Under the pieces are notes generated by a model. The model worked only from the letters and a program-made list of their open reading frames with translations, did not search any database and was not told the DNA's origin. Made by a program: the position numbers and the translations under genes. Positions 26,769 to 36,766 of a stretch of 54,073 bases of DNA are shown piece after piece (positions within the stretch are counted from its first letter, which is position 1; every line of letters begins with the position of its first letter). Source of the stretch: Rhodoferax sp. UBA4409 (GTDB lineage Bacteria > Pseudomonadota > Gammaproteobacteria > Burkholderiales > Burkholderiaceae_C); assembly GCA_002390825.1 (NCBI GenBank), contig DGQR01000253.1, positions 1 through 54,073 on the forward strand, in the 5' to 3' direction.

Positions 26769-29474
26769 TCAAGTCCCGAACACGTGTCCCCATAGTGCAA
26801 GGCCCGCAGCCTGTTCAGCCGGTAGCGCTGTGCTCACGATCGTGGTCGGGCTTTCGTTGAGTCGTGCGGTGTGCTGGATGTGCCGCAGTTCCCGGTAGCT
26901 TTGCGCCGCATCGGAGCCTATCGAGCCGGGCAGTAGCCCCGCGGCTTGCGCGCGCTGCAACAGCGCAATGTTTCCGACGTTATCCAACAACGAGGCATGA
27001 ATGCGTCCATAGCTAAGCACCAAAAACTGGACCGCGAATTCGATATCTACCATGCCGCCGGGGCTGTGTTTGACGTCGAAAAAGTCAGGCTGTACCGTGT
27101 GCGCTTGTCGCACACGGTCTCGCATGTGGTGTATCTCAGCCCGCAGTGAGGACACATCCCGTGGGCTGCAGATCACGGCATGGCGCACGGATTCAAAGCG
27201 TTGTGCCAAAGCGGAGCTGCCGAATACGCAGCGGGCCCGGGTGATAGCCTGGTGTTCCCAAGTCCACGCCGTGTTGCTACCGCGCTGCTGTTGGTAATTC
27301 GAGTACGCCTCAAAACTGGTGACCAGGAGGCCGGAGTTGCCATTCGGTCGCAGGGCCGTGTCAATTTCATACAAGTCGCCCTCACCGGTCTTGACGGTCA
27401 ACCAGTTGATGAGCTTGCGCACCAGTGCCGAGTACACCTCGGCGGCCCGTTCGTCAGCATCGTCGTACACGAACACGATATCGAGGTCGCTGCCGTAACC
27501 CAGTTCTTTCCCGCCTAGTTTTCCGTAGGCGATGATGCCGAACTGCGGAATCTCTGCATGTCGATTTTTCAACCGCATCCAGCACCAGCGCGTCGTCACC
27601 GCGAGCACGGATTGCGCCAAAGCGCTCAAGTCATCCGCCACTTGCTCGACCGTCAAGCGGCCTTCGATATCGCGAGTCAGCGTACGGAACACCTCAGCGT
27701 GGTGAGCCCGGCGCAAAAGATTGAGCAGGCTTTCATCGTCATCTTCGCCACTGACCTGGAGTGCCGATCTGCGGCGCTCCAAGTCCGCTTCGAAGAGCGG
27801 GGCGTCGAATCGATCGTCCAGTGTCCGGCTATCTGCCAGTTCGTCGATCACCCCGGGGTGTTTGAGTAAATAACGCGCCGGCCAACGGGCCGCGCCCAGC
27901 ATGCGAAGCAAGCGCTCATGCACCTGCGGGCGCTCCAGGAGCATGGCGAGATAGCTCTCTCTGCGCAGCAAAGGCTCGATCCAGTCCGCGAGCCGGACGG
28001 CCGCGTCTTCTGTGGTCCGGCCTTCTGCGATCCATTGACCGGTACGCACAATCAGTCGCATCAGCCGGTGCCGCGATTCATCCTTGAGCGCTTGCACCCG
28101 GGGGTGGCTTTGCCAATCCTTGATCCGGGCCTGGAAGCTGCCTTCCAACCCAGGCAACACGGACTCCAGGTCCATCAAGCTGGCATTGGGCTTGCCTGTG
28201 CAACCTTTGCAAGAGGGCTCGCTGCCCCCTAGCAAGGAGTCGAACTCTTGGGCCACCACCTCGCGGTGCCGGTCCAGCTCCTGTAAAAGTTCGCCGCTGC
28301 CACGGAGGTCCAGCGTCGATGCGATCCAGCACAAATCCTCTTCGTTGGTGGGCAGCACATGGGTTTGTTGGTCGTCAAGGTATTGGATGCGGTGCTCCAC
28401 CTTGCGCAAGAAGAGGTAGGCCTCGGTCAGGGCCGTCGCGCTGTCTTGGGGCATCAAGCCTGCGCGCACCAGCCGGCTAAGCGCACTGGTCGTGGGCCGG
28501 GTGCGCAGGTCCGGGAATTGGCCACCCCGCACCACTTGCAATAGCTGGACCGTGAACTCAATCTCCCGGATGCCGCCACGTGACAATTTGACGTCGTTGC
28601 TTCTCTCGGGCCGGCCCGCGCTGCGCTTTGCGGCATGGTCGCGGATTTGCCGGTGCAATACTCGCAGGGCATCGAAAACGTTGTAGTCCAGATAGCGCCG
28701 GAACACGAACGGAACCACGACGCCGCGCAGTTGCAATGCGAATCCACTGCCCACCGCTGCCGCGGGCGCCACCACACGACTCTTGAGCCAAGCGAACCGC
28801 TCCCACTCCCGGCCCTGCACGTGCAAATACTCTTCGAGTGCGCTCAGCGACACCGCTGCAGGCCCCGAATTGCCGTTCGGTCGCAGCGCGAGGTCTACCC
28901 GGAACACAAAGCCGTGGTCTGTGCTGTCTCCGATGAGTGCATAGATCCCGCGCACCATCTTGGCAAAAAACTCTTGGTTAGAGATCCGGCCGCGACCCAC
29001 GCTGTCGCCGGTGGTCTCGCCATCCAGGTCATAGACATAAATGAGATCGATGTCGCTGGAAACATTGAGTTCGCGGGCGCCCAACTTGCCCATGCCCACT
29101 ACCAATAACTGCGCAGCGGTGCCGGAGGTGGATAGGGGCGTGCCGTACTGGGCGGTCAAAGCCGTGTAGCTGAGTGCAAAGGCGCGATCTAGCGAAAACT
29201 CGGCCAGGGCCGTCATCGACGCTGTCACGTCTTCTACCGTTGACCGCTCTTCGCAGTCCAAAGTGGCCAATCTCTCCAGTATCAGCTGCCGTGTGATCCG
29301 GAGCACATGGCCCGGCTCATGGCCTGCAAACTCCAGGGATGAAGCGAGAGATGCCATAGCCGCTTTGCCCGGAAGGCCGGGGGGCAACAAAGCGGATTCT
29401 GTGGCGTACCGGCGTCTGACACGTTGGACAAAACGGGCGTGTGCCACGGTGGCCTGGTTTTCAAGGCGGGTCAT
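26769..29474 (-). CDS. glnE: Glutamine synthetase adenylyltransferase/adenylyl-removing enzyme
   Basis: Two nucleotidyltransferase motifs, GMGKLGARELNVSSDIDLI and YGKLGGKELGYGSDLD. Confidence 0.97.
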   Translation of the reverse strand: MTRLENQATVAHARFVQRVRRRYATESALLPPGLPGKAAMASLASSLEFAGHEPGHVLRITRQLILERLATLDCEERSTVEDVTASMTALAEFSLDRAFALSYTALTAQYGTPLSTSGTAAQLLVVGMGKLGARELNVSSDIDLIYVYDLDGETTGDSVGRGRISNQEFFAKMVRGIYALIGDSTDHGFVFRVDLALRPNGNSGPAAVSLSALEEYLHVQGREWERFAWLKSRVVAPAAAVGSGFALQLRGVVVPFVFRRYLDYNVFDALRVLHRQIRDHAAKRSAGRPERSNDVKLSRGGIREIEFTVQLLQVVRGGQFPDLRTRPTTSALSRLVRAGLMPQDSATALTEAYLFLRKVEHRIQYLDDQQTHVLPTNEEDLCWIASTLDLRGSGELLQELDRHREVVAQEFDSLLGGSEPSCKGCTGKPNASLMDLESVLPGLEGSFQARIKDWQSHPRVQALKDESRHRLMRLIVRTGQWIAEGRTTEDAAVRLADWIEPLLRRESYLAMLLERPQVHERLLRMLGAARWPARYLLKHPGVIDELADSRTLDDRFDAPLFEADLERRRSALQVSGEDDDESLLNLLRRAHHAEVFRTLTRDIEGRLTVEQVADDLSALAQSVLAVTTRWCWMRLKNRHAEIPQFGIIAYGKLGGKELGYGSDLDIVFVYDDADERAAEVYSALVRKLINWLTVKTGEGDLYEIDTALRPNGNSGLLVTSFEAYSNYQQQRGSNTAWTWEHQAITRARCVFGSSALAQRFESVRHAVICSPRDVSSLRAEIHHMRDRVRQAHTVQPDFFDVKHSPGGMVDIEFAVQFLVLSYGRIHASLLDNVGNIALLQRAQAAGLLPGSIGSDAAQSYRELRHIQHTARLNESPTTIVSTALPAEQAAGLALWGHVFGT

Positions 29475-29500
29475 AATTCCTGAATAGTCCCCATAGCACG

Positions 29501-32500
29501 ATGAACGATTTAATCTCCGCTCCCTCACTCCGCTTTCGGGTGTTCGCAGGCCTGGCAAAGTGGGCGCTGCGGGTGCTGGCTATGGGCTGGCTGGCTATCG
29601 GGTTGCTTTGGTGCGGATTGCATTTTCTCATTGTGCCGCGAATCGCAGAACTTCGCCCATGGGTAGAAACGCAGGCCACGCAAGCCCTAGGGTTGCCCGT
29701 GCGAATCGGGGATATGCAGGCCCGCTCCAATGGCGTGATCCCGTCCATTGAGTTACTGCGGGTCAGTGTGTTGGATCAAGAGGGGCGTGAGGCTCTCGTG
29801 CTGCCCAGTGTGCTGGCCGCACTATCGCCCCGCTCACTGCTGGTCGGTGGTTTGGAGCAGTTGCACATCGAGAGTCCATCGTTAGATATCCGGCGCTCCA
29901 TCGACGGAAGCTGGTGGATTGCCGGTCTGCCGGTAAGTGGCTCGAACAACACAGACGGGCGCGTGGCCGACTGGTTGTTCTCGCAGCCTGAAATTGCGTT
30001 GCTCCGCGGTCGGGTCACCTGGACGGACGAGACCCGCCCGGTGGAGTCTGTGGTGTTTGACGATGTTGACTTGGTGATTCGCAATAGCTTGCGTGGCCAT
30101 GCATTGCGCCTCGATGCGACGCCGCCTGCATCCTGGGGGCAACGCCTGAGTGCGCGCGGCATATTCAAGCAACCCTTGCTGTCGCGCCACGAGGGCCAAT
30201 GGCAGGACTGGGACGGCGAGGCATTTGTCGACTTGCCCCAAGTCCATTTGGCAGAGTTGGGCCGCTATGTGGATTTGGGGGTGGCACTGACACGCGGAGA
30301 GGGCGCGATGCGGGCGTGGGTCGATGTTGTGGCAGGGGCGCCTACAGGTGCCGTGGCCGACGTCAGCCTCCAGCAAGTGCAATTGACCACGCGCCAAGGT
30401 TTGGAGCCGCTCGAGTTGAGCGCGGTGTCGGGCCGGTTGGGTGCGAAGACGCTGGCCGGTGGCAATCAGTTCAGCACAGAGGCACTCCAGTTCGTCACCC
30501 AGGACGGCTTGCATTGGCCCGGAGGCAATGTGCAACTGCAACTGTTTGCGCAAACCCCGAGCCAAAAAGAGCGGGGTACTCTGAGTGCAGATCGCCTGGA
30601 TCTCGCCGCGTTGACCCAAATCGCTGCGCGCTTACCGCTTGATGCGAGTGTTCATGACAGCTTGCTCCGCTTGAGCCCCAAGGGCGTGATGGAGACTCTC
30701 AACGCCAGCTGGAGTGGCGCGACCACCGGCCCGACTGAGTACGCTGTCAAAGGGCGGGTCAGCCAGCTGGGTGTGCCTGCATGCCGTTGCGGCGCCGACA
30801 GTCGCCCCGGCTTTGAGGGGCTGAATGCCACCTTCGAGTTAGACCAGTCCGGCGGCAAGGCGACCTTGGCGATGCAGCGCGGCACTGCGGATATGGTGGA
30901 CTTGCTGGCAGAGCCGCTGGTGACGTTTGACCAACTCGCCGGTGACCTGCAGTGGAAGCTCAACGGCAAGCGCCTGCAGCTGAGCGGCAGCGGCGTGCGC
31001 TTTTCCAATGCGGATGCCGCTGGCGAGTTGAAGTTCACTTGGAGCAGCCCGGAGTTGGGGGCTGTGACTGCGCTGAACCCGGGCATTCTGGATTTGCAGG
31101 GTAGCGTGAGTCGGGCTGACGCAGCCCGCTTGCCCCGCTATTTGCCCTTGGCGATGGAGCGAGATGGGCGCGACTATTTGCAAGCGGCCCTGCTGGGTGG
31201 TGCGCTGACCAGCGGAACTTTTAAGGTGAAAGGGGATTTGGCCCGTTTCCCGTTTCGTACCGCCAACCAGGGCGAGTTCAAAATTACGGCGGCTTTTCAG
31301 AATGGCAGCTTTGCATTCGCGCCGGCGGTGGTCATGCCCAAAGACAGTTTGCCCTGGCCTGCCTTGAACCAGCTGCAGGGCGACATGGTGTTGGATAAAG
31401 ATCAGCTCCAAGTCAAACTCACCCGCGGCACTCTGGGGGGCGGTGGTGTGCAGTTTTCAAAGGCGGATGTCCAGGTCAGCCGCTTGTTTGATGCATCTAC
31501 CGTAGCGGTGACAGCCGAGGCCAAAGGGCCGGTCATGGATGTGGTGAGCGCTGTGAATAGCTCTCCGCTGACCGAAGCCTTGGACAAAGCACTGGCGCAA
31601 ACTTCTGCCACGGGGGTGGCGGATTACAAATTCAAACTGGGTTTTCCCTTGGCGGACTCCAACAAAATGGCGGTGCAAGGCACCGTGGTGTTGCCGGGCA
31701 ATGACCTGCAGATTCGCCCCGATATCCCCAAACTCTCCCGCCTCCGGGGCACCATCAACTTCAACCAATCTGGCTTCAGTTTGAGCGGTGCGCAAGCCCG
31801 CGCTCTGGGAGGGGATGTGCGTATTGAGGGGGGCTTGTCGGTGGCCCCGGTGTCTGGCAGCGCGGGTGCCGCCAAGCCTGTGGTGTCGCAGTTGCGCTTT
31901 AGTGGCACCGCCACTTCCGAAGGCTTGCGTCAGGCCAAGGAACTCGGCCCCGCCGCACGCGCAGCCCAGTTTGCCAGCGGCACCGCCAGTTACACCGCGA
32001 CCCTGGGTTTTCGCTCGGGAGTGCCGGAGCTGCAAATCAACTCCAATCTGGTCGGCATGGCATTGAACCTGCCAGCACCCTTGACCAAAACTGCCGAGGC
32101 AGCGCTACCCGTGCGCTTCGAATCGGCGGTGCTGCGCCCGGCAGGGACGGCGGTGGCCACACGCTTGAAAGACCGTTTGCAACTGGATGTCGGTCGGCTG
32201 GCATCGGTCATTTTTGTGCGCGATATCTCGGGTGCGGAGCCCCATGTGCAAAGTGGTGCGATTGCCGTCGGGCTGGGCCCTGATGAGGCGGCTCCGCTAC
32301 CCGATGCCGGTGTCGTCGCCAACCTCAACATTCCACGGTTGGACGTGGATGCGTGGACTGCAGTTGCGGACAAGCTCGGTACCGATGGAGCAGTGGACTC
32401 GGCAAGAAGCGCCTCGACGGGTGCAATGTCCGCCAGCGAATACCTGCCCAATGTGCTGGTGCTCCGCTCCAAGGAGCTGCTGGCCTCCGGGCGCCAACTC

Positions 32501-33553
32501 AACAACGTTGTAGTGGGGGGCGGGCGCGAAGGCCCTTTGTGGCGCGCCAACGTGGACGCGACGGAGCTGTCCGGCTATGTCGAATACCGCCAGCCCTCGG
32601 GTAGCAATGCCGGGCGCTTGTACGCGCGCTTGGCAAGGCTGGCTATCGCCCAGAGTGGTGCGCAAGATGTGGAGTCGCTTTTGGACGAGCAGCCTGCCGC
32701 GATTCCAGCTCTGGATATCGAGGTTGAAGACTTTGTGCTGCGTGGCAAAAAATTGGGCCGGATCGATGTCGAGGCGGTGAACTTGGGGAGTGCAGGTGCC
32801 CGCGAATGGCGCCTCAACCGTTTCAATATCCGCACCCCCGAAGCCGAGCTGACAGCCAGTGGCAACTGGGCTGCTATCAATGCGTCTGCCGCATCACCGG
32901 GGAGCAGTGTGCGGGATCGCCGCCGCACGGTCCTGAACTTCAAGCTTGATATCCGCGACTCGGGCGAGCTGCTCAGCCGCTTGGGCATGCCCGGGGTGGT
33001 GCGCAAGGGCGAAGGCAAAGTGGAGGGCCAAGTTGCGTGGGCCGGCTCCCCGATCACGGTGGATTACCCCAGCATGAGCGGCAAATTCAATGTGAATGTG
33101 GAAACGGGCCAGTTTCTCAAAGCCGAGCCCGGTATTGCCAAACTGCTGGGCGTGTTGAGCTTACAAAGCCTGCCGCGCCGGCTGATGCTCGATTTCCGCG
33201 ATGTGTTCAGCGAAGGTTTTGCCTTTGATTATTTCCGCGGCGACATTGCGATTGAGCAGGGGGTCGCCAAGACCAATAATCTGCAGATGAAAGGCGTCAA
33301 TGCCGCAGTCTTGATGGATGGCCAGGCCGACATCAGCAAAGAAACGCAAAACCTGCGGGTGGTGGTGGTGCCGGAGATCAATGCGGGCAGCGCGTCCCTG
33401 ATTGCGTCGGCTATTAATCCTGTGGTGGGCTTGAGCACCTTTCTGGCCCAGCTGCTATTGCGTGGCCCATTGGTGAATGCGGCCACCCAGGAGTTTGTGG
33501 TGGACGGCACTTGGCTGGACCCCAAAGTAACCCAGGTGCCGCGCAAGCCCTGA
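29501..33553 (+). CDS. yhdP: YhdP / AsmA-like phospholipid transport protein
   Basis: 1350 aa, N-terminal TM, C-terminal LLGVLSLQSLPRRL.LDFRDVF..GF.FD; conserved glnE-yhdP-nitrilase order. Confidence 0.93.
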   Translation: MNDLISAPSLRFRVFAGLAKWALRVLAMGWLAIGLLWCGLHFLIVPRIAELRPWVETQATQALGLPVRIGDMQARSNGVIPSIELLRVSVLDQEGREALVLPSVLAALSPRSLLVGGLEQLHIESPSLDIRRSIDGSWWIAGLPVSGSNNTDGRVADWLFSQPEIALLRGRVTWTDETRPVESVVFDDVDLVIRNSLRGHALRLDATPPASWGQRLSARGIFKQPLLSRHEGQWQDWDGEAFVDLPQVHLAELGRYVDLGVALTRGEGAMRAWVDVVAGAPTGAVADVSLQQVQLTTRQGLEPLELSAVSGRLGAKTLAGGNQFSTEALQFVTQDGLHWPGGNVQLQLFAQTPSQKERGTLSADRLDLAALTQIAARLPLDASVHDSLLRLSPKGVMETLNASWSGATTGPTEYAVKGRVSQLGVPACRCGADSRPGFEGLNATFELDQSGGKATLAMQRGTADMVDLLAEPLVTFDQLAGDLQWKLNGKRLQLSGSGVRFSNADAAGELKFTWSSPELGAVTALNPGILDLQGSVSRADAARLPRYLPLAMERDGRDYLQAALLGGALTSGTFKVKGDLARFPFRTANQGEFKITAAFQNGSFAFAPAVVMPKDSLPWPALNQLQGDMVLDKDQLQVKLTRGTLGGGGVQFSKADVQVSRLFDASTVAVTAEAKGPVMDVVSAVNSSPLTEALDKALAQTSATGVADYKFKLGFPLADSNKMAVQGTVVLPGNDLQIRPDIPKLSRLRGTINFNQSGFSLSGAQARALGGDVRIEGGLSVAPVSGSAGAAKPVVSQLRFSGTATSEGLRQAKELGPAARAAQFASGTASYTATLGFRSGVPELQINSNLVGMALNLPAPLTKTAEAALPVRFESAVLRPAGTAVATRLKDRLQLDVGRLASVIFVRDISGAEPHVQSGAIAVGLGPDEAAPLPDAGVVANLNIPRLDVDAWTAVADKLGTDGAVDSARSASTGAMSASEYLPNVLVLRSKELLASGRQLNNVVVGGGREGPLWRANVDATELSGYVEYRQPSGSNAGRLYARLARLAIAQSGAQDVESLLDEQPAAIPALDIEVEDFVLRGKKLGRIDVEAVNLGSAGAREWRLNRFNIRTPEAELTASGNWAAINASAASPGSSVRDRRRTVLNFKLDIRDSGELLSRLGMPGVVRKGEGKVEGQVAWAGSPITVDYPSMSGKFNVNVETGQFLKAEPGIAKLLGVLSLQSLPRRLMLDFRDVFSEGFAFDYFRGDIAIEQGVAKTNNLQMKGVNAAVLMDGQADISKETQNLRVVVVPEINAGSASLIASAINPVVGLSTFLAQLLLRGPLVNAATQEFVVDGTWLDPKVTQVPRKP

Positions 33554-33578
33554 TACCTTTGAATTACGGAGTTGATCT

Positions 33579-34397
33579 ATGAAAGTCGCAGCCATCCAGA
33601 TGGTGTCTACCGGCCATGTGCAGGACAACTTGCAGATCGCCCAAGCCTTGCTGACAGAGGCCGCACGCCAAGGTGCCGAGCTGGCCGTGTTGCCCGAGTA
33701 TTTTTGTTTGATCGGGCTGCGTGATTCGGACAAGCTGGCGATTCAAGAGCCCTTCGGGAGCGGCCCCATCCAGGACTTTGTGGCCGGGGTAGCACGCTCG
33801 TTGGGGATCTGGATCGTGGCCGGTACCTTGCCCTTGACGGCCAGCCAGCCCGACCATGTGTTCAACAGTTCGCTGGCCTTCAATCCGCAGGGGGAGTGCG
33901 TGGCCCGATACGACAAGATCCACCTGTTTCGCTTCAACAACGGGGCCGAGAGTTACGACGAATCCCGGGTGCTGGAGCGGGGCAGTACGCCCACCGTATT
34001 CAGCCTGCCGTCTCGGGATGGACACACCTGGTCTGTGGGCATGAGCGTGTGTTACGACATGCGCTTTGCCGAGCTCTACCGGGAATACGCCGCACGCGGT
34101 GTTGATTTGCTATTGGCCCCGAGTGCCTTTACCCACACCACGGGAGAGGCCCACTGGGAGGTGCTCTTGCGCGCCCGGGCGATTGAAAATTTGTCGTTCG
34201 TGGCTGCGGCCGCTCAAGGGGGTGTGCATCCGAGCGGGCGGCGCACCTGGGGGCAAAGTCTGCTGATCGATCCGTGGGGCAAAGTGCTCGCAGAGCAAGC
34301 CGAGGGCCCGGGCGTTGTGCTGGCGGAACTGGACTATCGTCAGCTCCAGCATTGCCGCGCCCAGTTGCCGGCGCTCCAGCACCGGATTTTGGGATAA
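33579..34397 (+). CDS. Carbon-nitrogen hydrolase (Nit1-like)
   Basis: Catalytic triad in LPEYF, YDKIHLF and VCYD.RF; HWEVLLRARAIEN. Confidence 0.93.
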   Translation: MKVAAIQMVSTGHVQDNLQIAQALLTEAARQGAELAVLPEYFCLIGLRDSDKLAIQEPFGSGPIQDFVAGVARSLGIWIVAGTLPLTASQPDHVFNSSLAFNPQGECVARYDKIHLFRFNNGAESYDESRVLERGSTPTVFSLPSRDGHTWSVGMSVCYDMRFAELYREYAARGVDLLLAPSAFTHTTGEAHWEVLLRARAIENLSFVAAAAQGGVHPSGRRTWGQSLLIDPWGKVLAEQAEGPGVVLAELDYRQLQHCRAQLPALQHRILG

Positions 34398-34398
34398 T

Positions 34399-34460
34399 TG
34401 CTATTAAATTAGTAGCAATTCGCGCAATCGATACCTGGGCTAGTCCTCTTTTTTGTCATT
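34399..34460 (+). repeat. Dispersed ~60-bp motif, copy 3 (between convergent genes; contains the stop of the small minus-strand gene)
   Basis: TGCTATTAAATTAGTAGC-AATTCG-CGCA-N10-GGGCTAG. Confidence 0.8.
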
Positions 34461-34571
34461 ATTCTCTTCGGGCGGCAGTTCACCGTTCTTGCGCCCGTGA
34501 AACATGGTCCACCAGATGATGCCTATGAATATCAGGCCAGCGCCTAGCGCTTCGAGGAGTAGCAAAGTCAT
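34440..34571 (-). CDS. Small single-TM protein (43 aa)
   Basis: MTLLLLEALGAGLIFIGIIWWTMFHGRKNGELPPEENNDKKED: one hydrophobic helix and a charged tail; fills the nitrilase-mltA gap. Confidence 0.6.
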   Translation of the reverse strand: MTLLLLEALGAGLIFIGIIWWTMFHGRKNGELPPEENNDKKED

Positions 34572-35712
34572 GCGTCGTTGTTTGGGGTGGTCTGTATCGG
34601 CTCTGATTGTAGGAATTCTGGCCGCGTGCGGTAGCGCGCCGCCGGTGGTGCGCGCACCGGTCGAGCCGGTGCGCACCGTGGTACCGGCAGCGCCTGGCCC
34701 CGCGCCTGCAGTCGGCCCGGTAGTGACCCAATCGCGCAGCCGTTGGGTGCCGGTTCCGTGGGACAGCCTCCCCGGTTGGGGTGCTGACAACCTGTTCGAG
34801 GCATGGAACGCGTGGTTGAAGAGCTGCGAGAGGCCTCAGCCGCCCATGTCTGCCTTGTGTGCAGAAGTGCGCCGCTTGAGTATTGGAAGTCCTCAAGAGC
34901 AAATGGAGTGGATGCAAGCCCGCCTCCAGCCGCACCGTGTGGAGACATTGCAAGGTGAGCCCACAGGGTTGTTGACCGGCTATTACGAGCCGATATTGGA
35001 TGCCAGCCGGCAACCAGCACCCGGCTTTTCCGTGCCGCTGTACCAGCTGCCCGCGGGAATGACGCCCCGCAAACCGTGGTTCACCCGCCAGGAAATGGAG
35101 ACCTTGCCGGAAGCGCAGGCAGCCCTGCGTGGCAAGGCGATCGCGTACCTGGCGGATCCGGTGGATGCTTTGGTGCTTCAGATTCAGGGTTCCGGGCGGG
35201 TACGGATTACCCAGCCTGACGGCAGCGTGCGCTGGGTTCGCCTGGCCTACGCAGGTACCAACGAGCAGCCCTACCGCAGCGTAGGCCGTTGGCTCTTGGA
35301 TCAAGGCTTGATCAAAGACGCCTCATGGCCCGGCATCAAAGCCTGGCTGGCGCAAAACCCGCAGCGGCAGCAGGAGCTCTTGTGGTCGAACCCGCGGGTG
35401 GTTTTTTTCAAGGAAGAGCCACTCGGTGAGTTGGATGCTGCCTTCGGGCCCAAAGGCGCCCAAGGCGTTGCCTTGACGCCCGGGCGCTCCATCGCCGTGG
35501 ACCCTGGCAGCATCCCTTATGGTGCGCCCGTCTGGTTGACTTCGACGGGAAATCAAACAAATTTGCAAAAATTGGTACTTGCACAAGATACCGGGAGCGC
35601 GATTACCGGTGCGGTGCGTGCCGACTACTTTGCCGGCTGGGGGCCGGACGCGGCAGAGCTAGCCGGTCGCATGCGACAACCATTGCAAATGTGGATTTTG
35701 TGGCCCAAATAG
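34570..35712 (+). CDS. mltA: Membrane-bound lytic murein transglycosylase A
   Basis: Lipobox LAAC, TGYYEP, LQIQGSGR, SIAVDP and AQDTGSAITG.VRADYF.G (3D domain). Confidence 0.94.
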   Translation: MRRCLGWSVSALIVGILAACGSAPPVVRAPVEPVRTVVPAAPGPAPAVGPVVTQSRSRWVPVPWDSLPGWGADNLFEAWNAWLKSCERPQPPMSALCAEVRRLSIGSPQEQMEWMQARLQPHRVETLQGEPTGLLTGYYEPILDASRQPAPGFSVPLYQLPAGMTPRKPWFTRQEMETLPEAQAALRGKAIAYLADPVDALVLQIQGSGRVRITQPDGSVRWVRLAYAGTNEQPYRSVGRWLLDQGLIKDASWPGIKAWLAQNPQRQQELLWSNPRVVFFKEEPLGELDAAFGPKGAQGVALTPGRSIAVDPGSIPYGAPVWLTSTGNQTNLQKLVLAQDTGSAITGAVRADYFAGWGPDAAELAGRMRQPLQMWILWPK

Positions 35713-35773
35713 CGTAGAAACCGTTAGTATGGATACATTCAATCTGTGAGATTCGGAAATTAAGGACGGACTT

Positions 35774-36724
35774 ATGAGCAAAGAGATGCGCGACATTGAT
35801 GAGCGGACCAATCTGGCCGCCAACAGCATGTTCGAACTGCTGCTGTTCCGATTGGGTGAGGCCCCCGGCACCCAGCGCCGCGAATTGTTCGGCATCAATG
35901 TGTTCAAGGTTCGAGAAATCCTGGTGATGCCCGAAATCACCGCCATGGTGAATTCACCGCCCGCCGTGATGGGCGTGGCCAACATCCGGGGCCAAATGAT
36001 CACCGTGATCAACTTGCCGCAGGTGGTGGGTTGTACGCCGACCAAGGGGCTGGGCATTTTGCTGGTGACCGAGTTCGCCCGCACGACACAAGCTTTTGCA
36101 GTCGAAGAGGTCAACGAAATCGTGCGCCTGGAGTGGAAGCAAGTCCTGTCTGCCGAAAACACCGGCGGTGGCTTGGTGACCAGTATTGCGCGCCTGGATG
36201 GCAATGCCGAAAACACCCGCTTGGCCCAAGTGCTGGATGTCGAGCAGATCCTCCGCGATGTGATGCCTCAGGAAGTCAAGGAAGAGGTGCCGAGCACCGC
36301 GCCCAAGCTGCGCTTGGAGCCGGGTCAGATCATTCTGGCGGCTGACGATTCTGCCGTGGCACGCATGATGATCGAGAAGGGCCTCAAAGGCATGGATGTC
36401 CCCTACATCATGACCAAAACCGGCAAAGAAGCGTGGGAGAAATTGCAATCGCTCAACGCCCAAGCTACGGATGAAGGCAAGTCCATCAAAGACAAAGTGG
36501 CCTTGGTGTTGACCGATCTCGAAATGCCCGAAATGGACGGTTTCACTTTGACCCGCAACATCAAGCAAGATGGCCGGTTCAGCAGCCTTCCGGTGATCAT
36601 TCACTCTTCGCTAACCGGTGCCACCAACGAGAGCCATGTGAAGAGCGTGGGGGCGGATGCCTACATTGCCAAGTTCGTGGAAGAAGAACTGGCCGCCACC
36701 ATCCGCGAAGTGCTGCACCGCTAA
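35774..36724 (+). CDS. cheV: Chemotaxis protein CheV (CheW plus receiver)
   Basis: FGINVFKVREI, NIRGQ, ADDS, TDLEMPEMDG and AKF. Confidence 0.93.
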   Translation: MSKEMRDIDERTNLAANSMFELLLFRLGEAPGTQRRELFGINVFKVREILVMPEITAMVNSPPAVMGVANIRGQMITVINLPQVVGCTPTKGLGILLVTEFARTTQAFAVEEVNEIVRLEWKQVLSAENTGGGLVTSIARLDGNAENTRLAQVLDVEQILRDVMPQEVKEEVPSTAPKLRLEPGQIILAADDSAVARMMIEKGLKGMDVPYIMTKTGKEAWEKLQSLNAQATDEGKSIKDKVALVLTDLEMPEMDGFTLTRNIKQDGRFSSLPVIIHSSLTGATNESHVKSVGADAYIAKFVEEELAATIREVLHR

Positions 36725-36766
36725 GGGCAGCGCCACCCGGCGGCCGGAGGTGGCCGCCGCGGGCTA

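Noticed and set aside
36738-36759. GC hairpin CGGCGGCC/GGCCGCCG between cheV and the convergent gene as a terminator
   Set aside because: No U tract on either strand; it may be a pause or stability hairpin but cannot be called.
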